Assembly: GCA_963677895.2 (NCBI GenBank)
Contig: CAXXGJ010000018.1
Span: 352,001-416,000, forward strand
Origin: Treponemataceae bacterium
GTDB taxonomy: Bacteria > Spirochaetota > Spirochaetia > Treponematales > Rectinemataceae
DNA: 64,000 bases
Direction: 5' to 3'
Shown: positions 49,173 through 59,925 of the stretch, piece by piece
Layout of the letters: each line of letters begins with the position of its first letter
How positions within the stretch are numbered: position 1 is the stretch's first letter
The notes under the pieces: generated by a model
The model's database searches: none
What the model was told of the DNA's origin: nothing
Seen by the model: only the letters and a program-made list of their open reading frames with translations
Position numbers and translations under genes: made by a program

Positions 49173-50666
49173 TTATATGCCTTTCAACGCGGAATAGTTT
49201 TCTTCTTTATACCTTCGCCATCTTTCGTATACCGAATCATAGGCTTCACGGGATTTTGGCTCGGGCAAGGAAATGTTCTCCACCGAGTTGATTGTCCTCG
49301 CCGCCTCGATCATGCCTTTGTAGAATCCGATCGCCTTGCCCGCAATTATAACTGATCCGAGGAGGGAGCAGTCGTGGATTCTCATCCGGGCATAGGTGGT
49401 GTCCAGAATATCCGCTTTCATTTGGTTCCACATCAGATTTTCCGACCCTCCACCGAAAACTCGGATTTCGCTGAAATCGGGCAGATCGAGCAGGTCATGA
49501 ATAGCAGTCGCATAGCTCTTGTATTCAAAGGCGATGGATTCTAGGATCGCGCGGTAGGCGTGTGCCTGGCTGTGATTCCATTTGATCCCTAGGTAGGCGC
49601 CACCGAGCGATGGGTCCAGGGTTGTCCCTCCGATATATGGGTAAAAGGCCAATCCTTCAGAACCAGGCGGGATGCTGTTCGCCTGCGTGGTGAGAGCTCT
49701 CAGGTCGGACTGCGGAACAAAATTATCCGCGAACCATCGAATGCAGCCCCCTCCGTTCGTAAAGCAGAAAGCATACCAGAATCCTTCGATCGGAGAGCGG
49801 AGGGTGCGCACCAAGCCTGCAGGATCGGGATTCCAGGTGCTAGAGCAGGCGAAAAACAAGGAAGCAGTCCCGGAGATATCTCCGGCCTGTCCGGGTTCTA
49901 GGACTCCCGCGCCTATTCCTCCCGCCGGGAAATCTCCCGCACCTGAGACCACAGGTATTCCCGTAGGAATACCCAACTCACGGGCATATTCCGCGCACAA
50001 TTTCCCGACGATCCTGGTTGGTTCCACGACCTCCGGCAACTTTTCTATTGTTATCCCACAGACTTTGCAGATCTCCTCGTCCCAGGTGTCGGTCTCGTAG
50101 TCGATCATGCCGGTATATCCGGTGGAGGTATTCTCGAAGTAAGCTTGGGCCCCTTTCAATCCGGCGAGCTTGCCGCCGACGTAGGTGGCTGGAATTACCA
50201 ATTTGCATGCTCGATCGTAGATCGCCGGCTTGTTCGCCTTCCACCACAACATTTTGGGGCCAGTCGTAATAATGCGCTTGTTGCCACCCTTCGCTAGTAT
50301 GCGCTCCCCGCAGCTTCGATCCATGACCTGGACGAAAGGCACGAAGCGGTTATCCAGCCAGGAATCGAAGGGACTTATCGCGTTGTAATCTTCATCGATC
50401 CATATAAGCCCAGCCTGCTGCCCGTCCATGACAATGGCGGCTATATCGGCACTATATATCCCCGAGGCTTGTATGCACTCTTTCATCCCCTCAATGGTAG
50501 AACTAAGCATTTCTCCTGGATCCTGGGTGACTGAATCAGGTTCAGGATGATACAGTTTGGTTGCTTTAGTAGCCGTATGCACGATCTTGTTGATGGCCAG
50601 GTTGAACAGGATAGTCTTCGTTCCTGATCCGCCGATATCGGAAGCTAATACGTAAACGTCCTTCAT
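49173..50666 (-). CDS. FGGY-family carbohydrate kinase (xylulokinase-like)
   Basis: DIGGSGTK, W.D.R, GAGD, SGT, GGGS.N..W.Q..AD. Confidence 0.9.
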   Translation of the reverse strand: MKDVYVLASDIGGSGTKTILFNLAINKIVHTATKATKLYHPEPDSVTQDPGEMLSSTIEGMKECIQASGIYSADIAAIVMDGQQAGLIWIDEDYNAISPFDSWLDNRFVPFVQVMDRSCGERILAKGGNKRIITTGPKMLWWKANKPAIYDRACKLVIPATYVGGKLAGLKGAQAYFENTSTGYTGMIDYETDTWDEEICKVCGITIEKLPEVVEPTRIVGKLCAEYARELGIPTGIPVVSGAGDFPAGGIGAGVLEPGQAGDISGTASLFFACSSTWNPDPAGLVRTLRSPIEGFWYAFCFTNGGGCIRWFADNFVPQSDLRALTTQANSIPPGSEGLAFYPYIGGTTLDPSLGGAYLGIKWNHSQAHAYRAILESIAFEYKSYATAIHDLLDLPDFSEIRVFGGGSENLMWNQMKADILDTTYARMRIHDCSLLGSVIIAGKAIGFYKGMIEAARTINSVENISLPEPKSREAYDSVYERWRRYKEENYSALKGI

Positions 50667-50791
50667 GACTCTTTTCTCTCCTTCCAGACAGAATTGCTCC
50701 GCCCAAATGGGCTAGATCTCCTTAAGATATTATGCATTATAACCTAAAAAAAAGTAAAATGGAAAAAATTTGATAAAATAAAAGAAAAAAC

Positions 50792-50820
50792 TTGACAGGG
50801 TAAAAAACCCGTCATACTCT
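50792..50820 (+). promoter_or_regulatory. Promoter with overlapping palindromic operator
   Basis: TTGACA -35 embedded in TGACAGGGT-aaaaa-ACCCGTCA. Confidence 0.5.
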
Positions 50821-50890
50821 TCTACTCGGTAAGCTAGACCAAGGTCGTGGCTTTGGTTATTAGCTACTAATTTCTATAAAGGAGGATCTG

Positions 50891-52045
50891 GTGAAAAAGC
50901 TTCTATTCTTCGTAATGCTTCTCAGCCTTGGAGTTTCCCTTGTGACTGCACAGTTAGCTCCCGGCAAGAAGGAAATCGTCATCGCCAACGTTCGCTGGGA
51001 CATGGGCGATGTCGCCTTTAATGGTGACCAGTATGGAACGGAGCTTGAGATCAATGATTTCGAAGCCAAGACAGGCATCAAGGTTACGATGCTAACCAGC
51101 GGCTCCGATGATCCACAGCAGCAGATCAATTACGCAAACACCTATTTTGCCCGCGGTATCGACGGTATGCTTCTCAGTTCCATTAACCCCCCTGCCTTGA
51201 CTGTGGTAGTTAAGGAAGCCAATAAAAGGAACATTCCGGTCGTGACACACGACTCCTGCATCCCTGGCGGGAAGCAGATCTCCGTTTTCCCGATGGCAGT
51301 AGGCGCCGGAGAGCTTGTAGGAAAGGCCCTCCTTGATAACATCGTCGCCATCCGTGGCGACAATTACCTCAAGAACGTGGGCGGCCAAATCGTCGAACTC
51401 CGCGGCATGGTCACCCTGGGCGTTGATATCCAGCGTTACCAGGGCTGGAAGAATGTGTTCGAGCCTTTCCTGAAAAAGTACCCCAAGGTCACGTTTACCA
51501 CCCATGTGGCTGGATTCAATGCCACCAAGGCTCGGCAGGCCGTTGATGCCGAAATCGCCAAATATGGCAAGAAAATCATTGGCATCTTCTCAATCGACGG
51601 TACTATGGGTGTTGGCGGAGCTATCCCGGCTCTCAAGTCCGCCGGTCTCTTCTTCCCGAAGAACAGCCCAAACCACATCCCCGTGTCGACCATCGATGGC
51701 ACCACGGAAGAGTTTACCGCCGGCCGCAAGGGCGACCTCGACTTTGAGATCGACAACGGCAAGCTCACACAGGGCCGCCTTGCCGTCCGGGCGCTTCTCC
51801 AGTGGATCATGGAAGGCTGGGACAAGATGCCCAAGCCAGGCCAGGTCCTCTATGCCGACGACAATACTAGCTTGTCCCGCATGCCCTATGAGATCATCGA
51901 CGGCATGAAGCAAGATCCTCCCTTCGAAGGATACGTCTATAGCTTCAAGAACTTGCTGGTCCCCCGGGATATCCCCTTTGACAGCAAGGAAGGTTGGGGT
52001 AATGCCTACTCTTATTCTCTCAATAAAAAGTGGCCATGGGAGTGA
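50891..52045 (+). CDS. Sugar ABC transporter substrate-binding protein (periplasmic binding type 1)
   Basis: Signal peptide; DGMLL, IPVVTHD, STIDG; RBS GGAGG. Confidence 0.85.
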   Translation: MKKLLFFVMLLSLGVSLVTAQLAPGKKEIVIANVRWDMGDVAFNGDQYGTELEINDFEAKTGIKVTMLTSGSDDPQQQINYANTYFARGIDGMLLSSINPPALTVVVKEANKRNIPVVTHDSCIPGGKQISVFPMAVGAGELVGKALLDNIVAIRGDNYLKNVGGQIVELRGMVTLGVDIQRYQGWKNVFEPFLKKYPKVTFTTHVAGFNATKARQAVDAEIAKYGKKIIGIFSIDGTMGVGGAIPALKSAGLFFPKNSPNHIPVSTIDGTTEEFTAGRKGDLDFEIDNGKLTQGRLAVRALLQWIMEGWDKMPKPGQVLYADDNTSLSRMPYEIIDGMKQDPPFEGYVYSFKNLLVPRDIPFDSKEGWGNAYSYSLNKKWPWE

Positions 52046-52071
52046 GATAGCGAATATTTGAGTTAACCGCG

Positions 52072-52099
52072 CGGCGAGGGCGCAAGCGCGCCTTCGCCG
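52072..52099 (+). other. GC-rich stem-loop after the SBP gene
   Basis: CGGCGAGGGCGC-aagc-GCGCCTTCGCCG. Confidence 0.6.
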
Positions 52100-52136
52100 T
52101 GTTACCCAGCAATTTTCGTTTACGAGTGAGGGAACC

Positions 52137-53666
52137 ATGATCGATAATCTGAATACAGCCGAACCGGAGATAGTCTGTAAGGTGCTGAATGTCTCCAAAT
52201 TCTATCCAGGGGTAGCCGCACTCAAGTCGGTTAGTTTCGATATCCGCAAAGGTGAGATTCACGGGGTTATTGGTAAGAACGGGGCTGGGAAATCGACCAT
52301 CGTGAACATCCTCGCCGGGCTTACTCCTTTAACTAGTGGTGAAATTTGGATAAAAGGCACAAAGACACCAAAAAACTACAATCCTCGTATGGCTGAGAAT
52401 TTATCGGTATATCTGGTTACGCAGAACCCTTTGATTCTGCCGCAGAGGAGCATTACGGAGAACCTTTTCATCGGCTATATCTTGCATAACGGTAGTGGGT
52501 TCATTGCAGAAGATAAAATGAGGTCGATCACCGAGGAAATTATCAAGAAATTCGGTTTCCAATTAAACCCTGATCAGGAGATGGGAACGCTTCCGATAGA
52601 TACACAAAAGCTACTTTTACTTGGACGTGGTATCTATATCGCCAAAGCCGATATTTTAATGCTAGATGAAATCACTGCTTCTTTGAACGTTGAGGGCCGT
52701 AAAAAAGTCGATGTGGTCATCCGCGAGGTTATAGCCGAGGGCAAGTCGATCGTGTTCATCTCGCATCATTTGAAGGAAGTCATCAATTATTGCGATCGTG
52801 TGACCGTTTTCCGAAACGGCAGCAAAGTCACTACAGCTGGCGGAAAAACTCTTACAGAGGAAAGCCTTACTAAGCTCATTATCGGCAGTGACCTTTCAAA
52901 AAATAACTATTTGATATCAGAGTTCAAGCGCCGCGATCCCAATCCAATGCTTAACGTGTCTAATTTTAACATCATGGGCTGTTGTCACAATATTTCTTTC
53001 GATCTTTATCGGAACGAAGTGTTAGGATTTATCGGTCTGGAAGGTTGCGGTAAGGAAGAACTGTTTGAGACGATATTTGGGATACGAAATATAGATTCGG
53101 GCTCGATTTCGATCAACGGCGAGAGGATCCTGTATAAATCGCCCGAGAGTGCGATAGCCAAGGGGATCATATACCTTTCCAGGAATCGTGAGGATGAGAC
53201 TGTGTTCCACATGCTGTCTATACAAGACAATATGGTACAGATGGTTTACAAAAAGCTCAAAACCAAGATGGGATTCATTGACGTACAAAAAATAAGGGAA
53301 TTTACGGATTCGTCAATAAAGTTGCTCAACATAAAGCAGAGCAATGTAAATGACGACATTGATTCGCTGAGTGGCGGTAACAAGCAAAAAGTCATGCTTT
53401 CAAGGATAATCGGTATGAAACCCAAGGTCTTCATATTGAACGAGCCGACGCAAGGCATCGATGTCGAGACGAAGGAAGAGATACTGAAAATAGTACGCGA
53501 GAAGCTGGTGGAGGAATCCAGCGTGATCATCTCCTCGGAGAGCGTCCAGGAGTTGATGTCAGTCTGTGATAGGATAATAGTCCTCTATAAGGGCATGATT
53601 CGATGCGTTTTCGAGAAAGAGGCGTTCTCAGAGGATGAGATCTACCTCAAGGTTCAGGGTGCATGA
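52137..53666 (+). CDS. Sugar ABC transporter ATP-binding protein (two NBDs)
   Basis: GKNGAGKST; LSGGNKQK; EPTQGIDV. Confidence 0.92.
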   Translation: MIDNLNTAEPEIVCKVLNVSKFYPGVAALKSVSFDIRKGEIHGVIGKNGAGKSTIVNILAGLTPLTSGEIWIKGTKTPKNYNPRMAENLSVYLVTQNPLILPQRSITENLFIGYILHNGSGFIAEDKMRSITEEIIKKFGFQLNPDQEMGTLPIDTQKLLLLGRGIYIAKADILMLDEITASLNVEGRKKVDVVIREVIAEGKSIVFISHHLKEVINYCDRVTVFRNGSKVTTAGGKTLTEESLTKLIIGSDLSKNNYLISEFKRRDPNPMLNVSNFNIMGCCHNISFDLYRNEVLGFIGLEGCGKEELFETIFGIRNIDSGSISINGERILYKSPESAIAKGIIYLSRNREDETVFHMLSIQDNMVQMVYKKLKTKMGFIDVQKIREFTDSSIKLLNIKQSNVNDDIDSLSGGNKQKVMLSRIIGMKPKVFILNEPTQGIDVETKEEILKIVREKLVEESSVIISSESVQELMSVCDRIIVLYKGMIRCVFEKEAFSEDEIYLKVQGA

Positions 53667-53679
53667 TGAGGGGCAAGGC

Positions 53680-54684
53680 ATGAGAGATGTTAAAAAAAGT
53701 GCGGATCAGCTTGTGCTTTTTAGCGTTACGCACGGGATTTGGATGATTTTTCTGGTCATTTTTCTGATAGGTGCGTGTTTTATCCAGGGTTTCATAAAAT
53801 TCGAGAACATAATCAACGTCCTATGGGGCAACGTATCGTTCGGGTTCCTCGTCCTGGGTATGTTCATTGTCTTGCTGACCGGCACGACGGATCTCTCCAT
53901 AGAATCCACCTTCGGCCTCGGCCCGATTATCGGAGCGAGGTTAATGGTGACATGGTTGCCTCACTTGGTCTCGCCGCCGATAGCGATCGTGATCGTGCTT
54001 CTTGTAGGCGCTTTAATCGGCTTGGTGAACGCTTTCTTCTACATCAAGCTCAAGATTAACTCGTTTTTAGTCACGTTGACTATGCTGCTCGTATTGCGAG
54101 GTCTATGCCAATATATCATACCAGAGGGGTTGTACTACCTGCCAGACGCCTTCAACGCCATTGGCAACTCGAAGCTCTTCGGCTGGCTGCCCACCGCTCT
54201 AGTGCTCTTCATTTTTGCTACCATTGGCGTGTGGGTTATCACCAAGAAGACTGCTTTTGGCAAGAATCTGTACGCGATCGGTAGTTCTGAAAAGGCTGCG
54301 TTTCTAGCGGGCATTAATATCAAGCGAGTCAAGACGATCGCTTTAATTATCTCGGGATTCGCGGCCGCTTTGGGTGGGCTCATCTCCTCTGGAAGAATGC
54401 AGGCAGTTGTAGCTGATATGGGCTCCGGCGAGGTCATGATGGTATTCGCGGCCTGTTTCTTAGGCGGGACCGCAATGTCGGGCGGTAAGGGCGAGGTTGT
54501 CGATCTGATAGGTGCGATCCTGACCCTCAGTATGATAACGAACATTCTGAACCTGCTCGGCGTGAATCCCTACTTGATAAATGTTATCTACGGCCTAGTG
54601 CTACTGTTCGCCATAGTCTTTGCAAACGCTCAACAGCAGATTCGTCAGAGCATACTACTTAAGAAATCGATAGCGACCAATTGA
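53680..54684 (+). CDS. Sugar ABC transporter permease (RbsC-like)
   Basis: DLS, FG..LYAIG...AA..AGI, LGGT...GG.G. Confidence 0.9.
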   Translation: MRDVKKSADQLVLFSVTHGIWMIFLVIFLIGACFIQGFIKFENIINVLWGNVSFGFLVLGMFIVLLTGTTDLSIESTFGLGPIIGARLMVTWLPHLVSPPIAIVIVLLVGALIGLVNAFFYIKLKINSFLVTLTMLLVLRGLCQYIIPEGLYYLPDAFNAIGNSKLFGWLPTALVLFIFATIGVWVITKKTAFGKNLYAIGSSEKAAFLAGINIKRVKTIALIISGFAAALGGLISSGRMQAVVADMGSGEVMMVFAACFLGGTAMSGGKGEVVDLIGAILTLSMITNILNLLGVNPYLINVIYGLVLLFAIVFANAQQQIRQSILLKKSIATN

Positions 54685-54699
54685 AAGGAGGTACACGCG

Positions 54700-55719
54700 A
54701 TGAAAGCTCTAGTATGGTACGGCCCGAACGATCTCCGATTCGAGGACTGGCCGGAGCCAAAGTTACAGGACGATGAAGTAATGCTTAAGGTGGCTTATTC
54801 GGGTATCTGCGGGTCGGAAATGTCCATCATACACGGGGTTAACACCCATGGCGCTCAGCCGCCTAAAGTGCTAGGACACGAATTCTCTGGCGTGATCGCC
54901 GATATGGGCAAAGGTGTAAAGAACTTCAAGCTAGGTGAACGAGTCACCACGCACCCGAACGCGAGCTGCGGCGAGTGCTATTATTGTAAGCGGGCCCAGG
55001 AAGGCTTTTGCCTTCGGCCTTTCAATTTCATCACCTCCAAGGAATCGGGGGCCTTTTCCGAGTACACTAAGGTTAAGGCTAAGACCTTGTACCGCATTCC
55101 TGAATCCATGTCGCTCAAAACAGCCTCCTTGGTAGAGCCGATCTCAATCGCGGTGCACGCGGCCAGCTTGGTCCGCTTTTTGCCAGGCGATACAGTGGTA
55201 ATCTTGGGTGGCGGTACCATCGGCCTAGCTTGCCTCCTTGTGATGCGACACTACGGGGCGAGCACCATCATCGTCTCCGATCCGGTGCAAATGCGTCGAG
55301 ACATAGCGAAGAAGATGGGCGCGGACATCGTTGTAGATCCGTTGAAGGAAGATCTTCAAACTGTGGTCAGGCAGAACTCAGAGGGCTTCGGCTTCGACAT
55401 GTGTATCGAGGCGGTCGGTAACGAGAAGACCTGCGAGCAAGCCATGACGCTCATTAAGAAGGGTGGGACGGTATTGTTCGTGGGAGTACCTCCCCCAAAC
55501 AAATTCACCTCGGTGTCTTTCATGGAGGTCAACAAGAACGAGTATAAGTTGGTCGGGTCGAATTGGTCTCCGTACTCGTTCGACCGGACGATCAATATCA
55601 TGAAGACCTTCGATCCAGACCCGCTGATAACGCACGAGTTCAGGCTGCAGGATTTCAGGAAGGCCATTGAAAGCCAGGAAGGCAAATCTGCACTCAAGAC
55701 AACATTTGTCTTCGAGTGA
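54700..55719 (+). CDS. Zn-dependent alcohol/polyol dehydrogenase
   Basis: GICGS, GHE, CGEC..C...C, GGGTIG. Confidence 0.92.
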   Translation: MKALVWYGPNDLRFEDWPEPKLQDDEVMLKVAYSGICGSEMSIIHGVNTHGAQPPKVLGHEFSGVIADMGKGVKNFKLGERVTTHPNASCGECYYCKRAQEGFCLRPFNFITSKESGAFSEYTKVKAKTLYRIPESMSLKTASLVEPISIAVHAASLVRFLPGDTVVILGGGTIGLACLLVMRHYGASTIIVSDPVQMRRDIAKKMGADIVVDPLKEDLQTVVRQNSEGFGFDMCIEAVGNEKTCEQAMTLIKKGGTVLFVGVPPPNKFTSVSFMEVNKNEYKLVGSNWSPYSFDRTINIMKTFDPDPLITHEFRLQDFRKAIESQEGKSALKTTFVFE

Positions 55720-55768
55720 TTGCAGGCGACGCTGTCGCGATCGTCAATGAACGATAAGGAGCAAGGAC

Positions 55769-56455
55769 ATGGACAAGAGTAAGATCGTGGATCTAAGCAA
55801 CAGAATAATCCCCGGCCAGGAGCATTTTCCATACGAGGCGCAGGTGGACGATGTCACGAAGATCATCCCATACGTCAAGCACCATCCGGATGATTGGTAT
55901 GTGGTGGGTATCGTGAAATACTGCACTCATATTGGAACTCATATCGAGGCTCCTTACCACCATAAAAAGGGGGGAATGGATATAGCAGACTTCCCCTTCC
56001 AGAATCTGATTGCGCCCTTGGTCGTGATGGATTTCTCGAAGAAAAGGGGCCACGAAGCGATCTCGCTCGCGGAGGTCAAGGCAGGATATGACGACAAAAT
56101 CCACGCGGGTGACGTAGTGTTGATATTTACCGGCATGGATAAACTCTTTCACACCGATCGCTGGGAAGAGAACAAGCCCTATATAATGCCGGAAGTAGCG
56201 GCGTATCTGGTTTCGAAGAAAGTAGCCTGCGTTGGGACTGATACCTCGGATATCGAGGTTCCAAACCTGCTCACGCAACCCGTGCATCAGGCTCTCTTTG
56301 CCGCCGATATCCCGATGATCGAATCCGCTGCGAACCTAGAAAAAGTCAAGGACGGAGACTACATCATTATGATCTTGCCGGCTCCTTTCGTCGGACTCGA
56401 CTCCACGCCGTGCAGAATCATCGCCATTCCGCGCAAGGAATTTTTCTGGGCGTAG
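55769..56455 (+). CDS. Cyclase/kynurenine formamidase family metal hydrolase
   Basis: THIGTHIEAPYH motif; VGTD. Confidence 0.88.
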   Translation: MDKSKIVDLSNRIIPGQEHFPYEAQVDDVTKIIPYVKHHPDDWYVVGIVKYCTHIGTHIEAPYHHKKGGMDIADFPFQNLIAPLVVMDFSKKRGHEAISLAEVKAGYDDKIHAGDVVLIFTGMDKLFHTDRWEENKPYIMPEVAAYLVSKKVACVGTDTSDIEVPNLLTQPVHQALFAADIPMIESAANLEKVKDGDYIIMILPAPFVGLDSTPCRIIAIPRKEFFWA

Positions 56456-56593
56456 CTGAACCATTCCTTTCGATCGAAACCGTCCGTCGGCTAGACGACT
56501 GGCTAAGCTAGCGAATGGTTGGATCGTAAGACACTTCATGCATTCCTGTAACATCAATGATTCGCCTGGAGTGTCGCTATAGGAGAGAATACG

Positions 56594-57577
56594 ATGAAGA
56601 AAAACGACGAGAAAGAAGAATATCTCGAGATGTATCGCCAGATGGTCCTGATCCGGAAGTATGAGGAAGCGCTCTATTTCTTGTTTCTGGAAGGGGTCAT
56701 GCCTGGCAGCATCCACCAGTCGCACGGCCAGGAAGCTTGTGCGGTAGGGGTGCTCCATGACCTGCGCAAAGAAGATTTTATGGTAAGCACTCACAGACCA
56801 GCTGGCCACGATTTGGCTAAAGGGGTATCTCTACACAGCATGATGTGCGAGATGTTCGCTAAAAGCAACGGTTGTTGCAGGGCAAAGGGCGGGGCGATGC
56901 ACACGGGAGATATCGAAGTTGGGGCTCTTCCGGCCAACGCCATCGTCGGGGGGAACATCCCGATAGCGGTAGGAGTTGGGCTTTCCTGCAAAATGAGGAT
57001 GACCGACAACGTAGTGGTGTCGTTCTTTGGCGACGGCGCCTCCAACGAAGGAGCCTTCCACGAGGGTTTGAACGGCGCCGCAATCTGGAATCTCCCGGTC
57101 ATTTTCGTTTGCGAGAACAATATGTACGGGGCATCTACAAAATTCAGCGCGATGTGCAAATTGGAAAATATTGCAGATAGGGGCGCCGCATATGGCATCC
57201 CCTCTGAGATCGTGGACGGCAACGATCTGCTGGCGGTCAGAGCTGCAGCGGATCGAGCGGTTAAACGCGCTCGCTCCGGACAAGGGCCTACATTACTCGA
57301 GCTTAAAACCTACCGTATCGGAGGTCATTCGAGAAACGACGCCGCGAAATACCGTGACAAGGCCGAGGAAAAAGCGTGGTTCGCAAGAGACCCGATCAGG
57401 AGATTCAGGACTTGGCTAGTCGATAACAAATATTTCACAGAGGACCAGTTGACCGTGTGTGGACAAGAGGTGGATCGAGAGGTGGAAGAGTCCATAGAAT
57501 TCGCTAAGAAATCGCCATACCCTGATCCAGAAGACGCTCTGAAGGACGTGTACTGGGCACCGGAGGTGCGCAAATGA
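56594..57577 (+). CDS. TPP-dependent dehydrogenase E1 alpha (AcoA/PdhA-like)
   Basis: GQEA, STHR, GDGASNEG.FHE, ENN, TYR..GH. Confidence 0.92.
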   Translation: MKKNDEKEEYLEMYRQMVLIRKYEEALYFLFLEGVMPGSIHQSHGQEACAVGVLHDLRKEDFMVSTHRPAGHDLAKGVSLHSMMCEMFAKSNGCCRAKGGAMHTGDIEVGALPANAIVGGNIPIAVGVGLSCKMRMTDNVVVSFFGDGASNEGAFHEGLNGAAIWNLPVIFVCENNMYGASTKFSAMCKLENIADRGAAYGIPSEIVDGNDLLAVRAAADRAVKRARSGQGPTLLELKTYRIGGHSRNDAAKYRDKAEEKAWFARDPIRRFRTWLVDNKYFTEDQLTVCGQEVDREVEESIEFAKKSPYPDPEDALKDVYWAPEVRK

Positions 57578-58596
57578 AAATGATGACGATCGCCGAAGCC
57601 CTTCGGGCCGCTATAGCTGAAGAGATGAGAAAAGATGAAAGGGTGTTCTGCCTTGGCGAGGACATCAGCGACTTGAACGGAGGTTACGGTGGAGCCTTCG
57701 GCGTGACCCAGGGACTGGCTGGTGAATTCGGGTCTGAACGGATTTTGAATACGCCAATCTCGGAGATATTGATCGGCAGCGCCGCAGTGGGCGCCGCCAT
57801 GACCGGCATGAGGCCAATAGCCGACGTCCAATACGGCGACTTCCTTTTTTGCATGATGGATTCCCTGGTCAACCAGGCCGCAAAGATGACCTATATGTCG
57901 GGCGGTAAAGTGAAGGTGCCGATGGTCATGCGCGCTCCCGTGGGTGCGACGACTCGCGGAGCCCAGCATGGGCAAAGTCTTGAAGGTTTTTTCACTAGAG
58001 TACCAGGCCTCAAGGTCATTTGTCCTTCTGGGGCATACGACGCCAAAGGATTGATGAAGACCGCGATTCGGGACGATGGACCGGTGTTGTGCTTCGAACA
58101 TAAACTGCTCTATGGGAAAACCGGAACTCGCGTCGAGCAAGGCGCATTGGTAACAACCGAAGAAGTGCCAGAGGAGGAGTATACCATTCCCTTCGGGAAG
58201 GCCACTGTAAAGCGGGAAGGCAAGCACGTTACAATCGTGGCAAACCTCATGATGGTGCACAGATCCATGGAAGCAGCCAATATTCTGTCCACCGAAGGGA
58301 TCGAATGTGAGGTAATAGATCCACGCACGTTGATGCCCTTCGATTTCGAGACCTTACTCAAGTCGATCGAGAAGACTGGTCGCCTCATGATAGTACATGA
58401 GGACACGTACTCGAACGGCTGGGGGGCCGAGGTAGCTGCCTATGTTGCTGAGCATGGGCTCTACCTGCTGGACGCACCGATAATGCGGATTACGACACCC
58501 GATGTGCCCATTCCCTTTGGTCCGCCCATGGAGAGCTTTGTGATTCCCAACGCACAGCGCATCGCCGATGGTGTCCGCAAACTGATGGTGGCGTAA
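57574..58596 (+). CDS. TPP-dependent dehydrogenase E1 beta (AcoB/PdhB-like)
   Basis: GED, TPISE, GAQH.Q, EHK. Confidence 0.92.
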   Translation: MKMMTIAEALRAAIAEEMRKDERVFCLGEDISDLNGGYGGAFGVTQGLAGEFGSERILNTPISEILIGSAAVGAAMTGMRPIADVQYGDFLFCMMDSLVNQAAKMTYMSGGKVKVPMVMRAPVGATTRGAQHGQSLEGFFTRVPGLKVICPSGAYDAKGLMKTAIRDDGPVLCFEHKLLYGKTGTRVEQGALVTTEEVPEEEYTIPFGKATVKREGKHVTIVANLMMVHRSMEAANILSTEGIECEVIDPRTLMPFDFETLLKSIEKTGRLMIVHEDTYSNGWGAEVAAYVAEHGLYLLDAPIMRITTPDVPIPFGPPMESFVIPNAQRIADGVRKLMVA

Positions 58597-59922
58597 ATGA
58601 ACAAGATTTTCATGCCTTCGAGCGGCCAGACCACCGACCAGTTGATTGTGGCCCAGTGGCTGAAAAAAATCGGGGATCCCGTGAATCGTGGAGATGCATT
58701 ACTGGAAATCGAAACCGACAAGGCTACCCAGGAAATACAGAGCTATGCGAAGGGGGTGTTGCTCAAAGTCATGGCCAAGGAAGGGGACACCGTTTCTTCC
58801 GGGGACTTGATTGCCCTAGTGGGAGAGCCTGGCGAATTGGATCTGGAGAAGGAACAAGGCCAAACGCTACCACGGCCATCGCCCGTGGTAGCGGAATCGA
58901 TATCCGAGACGAAGCCTAACCTGGCCGCATCGGAGATAACCCCAACCCCGACAGTACTGGGACTACCCGCTGAACCCATATCAGAAGAATATATCGCAAT
59001 AGTCAAGGGTGCTTTTATCCCAGCACTTCCCGTGACAACAGTTCCCCCCGCGCAAGGGTCTGTGAAACCTCGTGGTGAAATGGCCGCCGTCCAGTCCTCG
59101 CCCGCGGCGAAACACGCTGCCCGGATATTTAATGTAGATATCCATGAGATAGCGGATATTCTTAAAAAGGTCTCGATAAAAAAGAAGGACGTGGAAGATT
59201 TCGTGAACCGGGCTGATACCGATGATCTGGCGCTGCTGGAAACCATCCCGCTCACCAAAACAAGAAGGATAATAGCCGAGCGGCTAACTTCAAGCGCGAC
59301 TACAGTACCTACATATCAGGTCGAAGTCGAGATCGACATGGAATCCTGTATCGACCTGCGGGAATGCTTGAACAGGCAGGAAGGAAAACCCAAGGTATCA
59401 TTCCACGACCTCGTAGTGCTGGGAGTCTGTGCAGTGGTCGATAGACACCCCCTGATCAATGGCACATATACTGCACAAGGCACCAATGTATTCCGCCATG
59501 TAAACGTGGGAATCGCAGTTTCTTCGCCAGCGGGATTGATTGTCCCGGTTGTGCGACGCGCCTCGGAGCTTGGCATAAGAGGCATTGCCGCCGAAAGTAG
59601 AAAATTGATTGAGGCGGTCCGAGCCGGCCGACAAACTCCCGAAATGCTCACTTGCGGGACCATCACCATTTCCAACCTGGGCATTTTCCCGGTGTCCAGA
59701 TTCACTTCCCTTTTGAACCCGCCACAGAGCAGTATTCTGTCACTTGGGGTGATTCAGAAACGAGTGGTTTATAGGAACGGTGAGGTCGTGGTAAGGTCAA
59801 TGATGAACGTAACAGGGACCTTCGACCACCGAATTGTGGACGGAGCCTATGGCGCATCCTTCCTTGCGGATTTGAAGGAAGTGCTGGAAAATCCGGCCTT
59901 ATTCACACTAAGAAAGGAATAG
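58597..59922 (+). CDS. Dihydrolipoamide acyltransferase E2
   Basis: Lipoyl motif ETDKA; TISNLG; DHRIVDG. Confidence 0.92.
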   Translation: MNKIFMPSSGQTTDQLIVAQWLKKIGDPVNRGDALLEIETDKATQEIQSYAKGVLLKVMAKEGDTVSSGDLIALVGEPGELDLEKEQGQTLPRPSPVVAESISETKPNLAASEITPTPTVLGLPAEPISEEYIAIVKGAFIPALPVTTVPPAQGSVKPRGEMAAVQSSPAAKHAARIFNVDIHEIADILKKVSIKKKDVEDFVNRADTDDLALLETIPLTKTRRIIAERLTSSATTVPTYQVEVEIDMESCIDLRECLNRQEGKPKVSFHDLVVLGVCAVVDRHPLINGTYTAQGTNVFRHVNVGIAVSSPAGLIVPVVRRASELGIRGIAAESRKLIEAVRAGRQTPEMLTCGTITISNLGIFPVSRFTSLLNPPQSSILSLGVIQKRVVYRNGEVVVRSMMNVTGTFDHRIVDGAYGASFLADLKEVLENPALFTLRKE

Positions 59923-59925
59923 ACG

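Noticed and set aside
48787..49291. Short ORFs of 80-85 aa
   Set aside because: No RBS or motifs; they overlap the island-end repeat and hairpins downstream of the kinase.
52100..52108. TTACGAGTG-like match to the att core shortly after the SBP hairpin (about 52100-52130)
   Set aside because: Only 9 bp with no flanking homology; compatible with chance.
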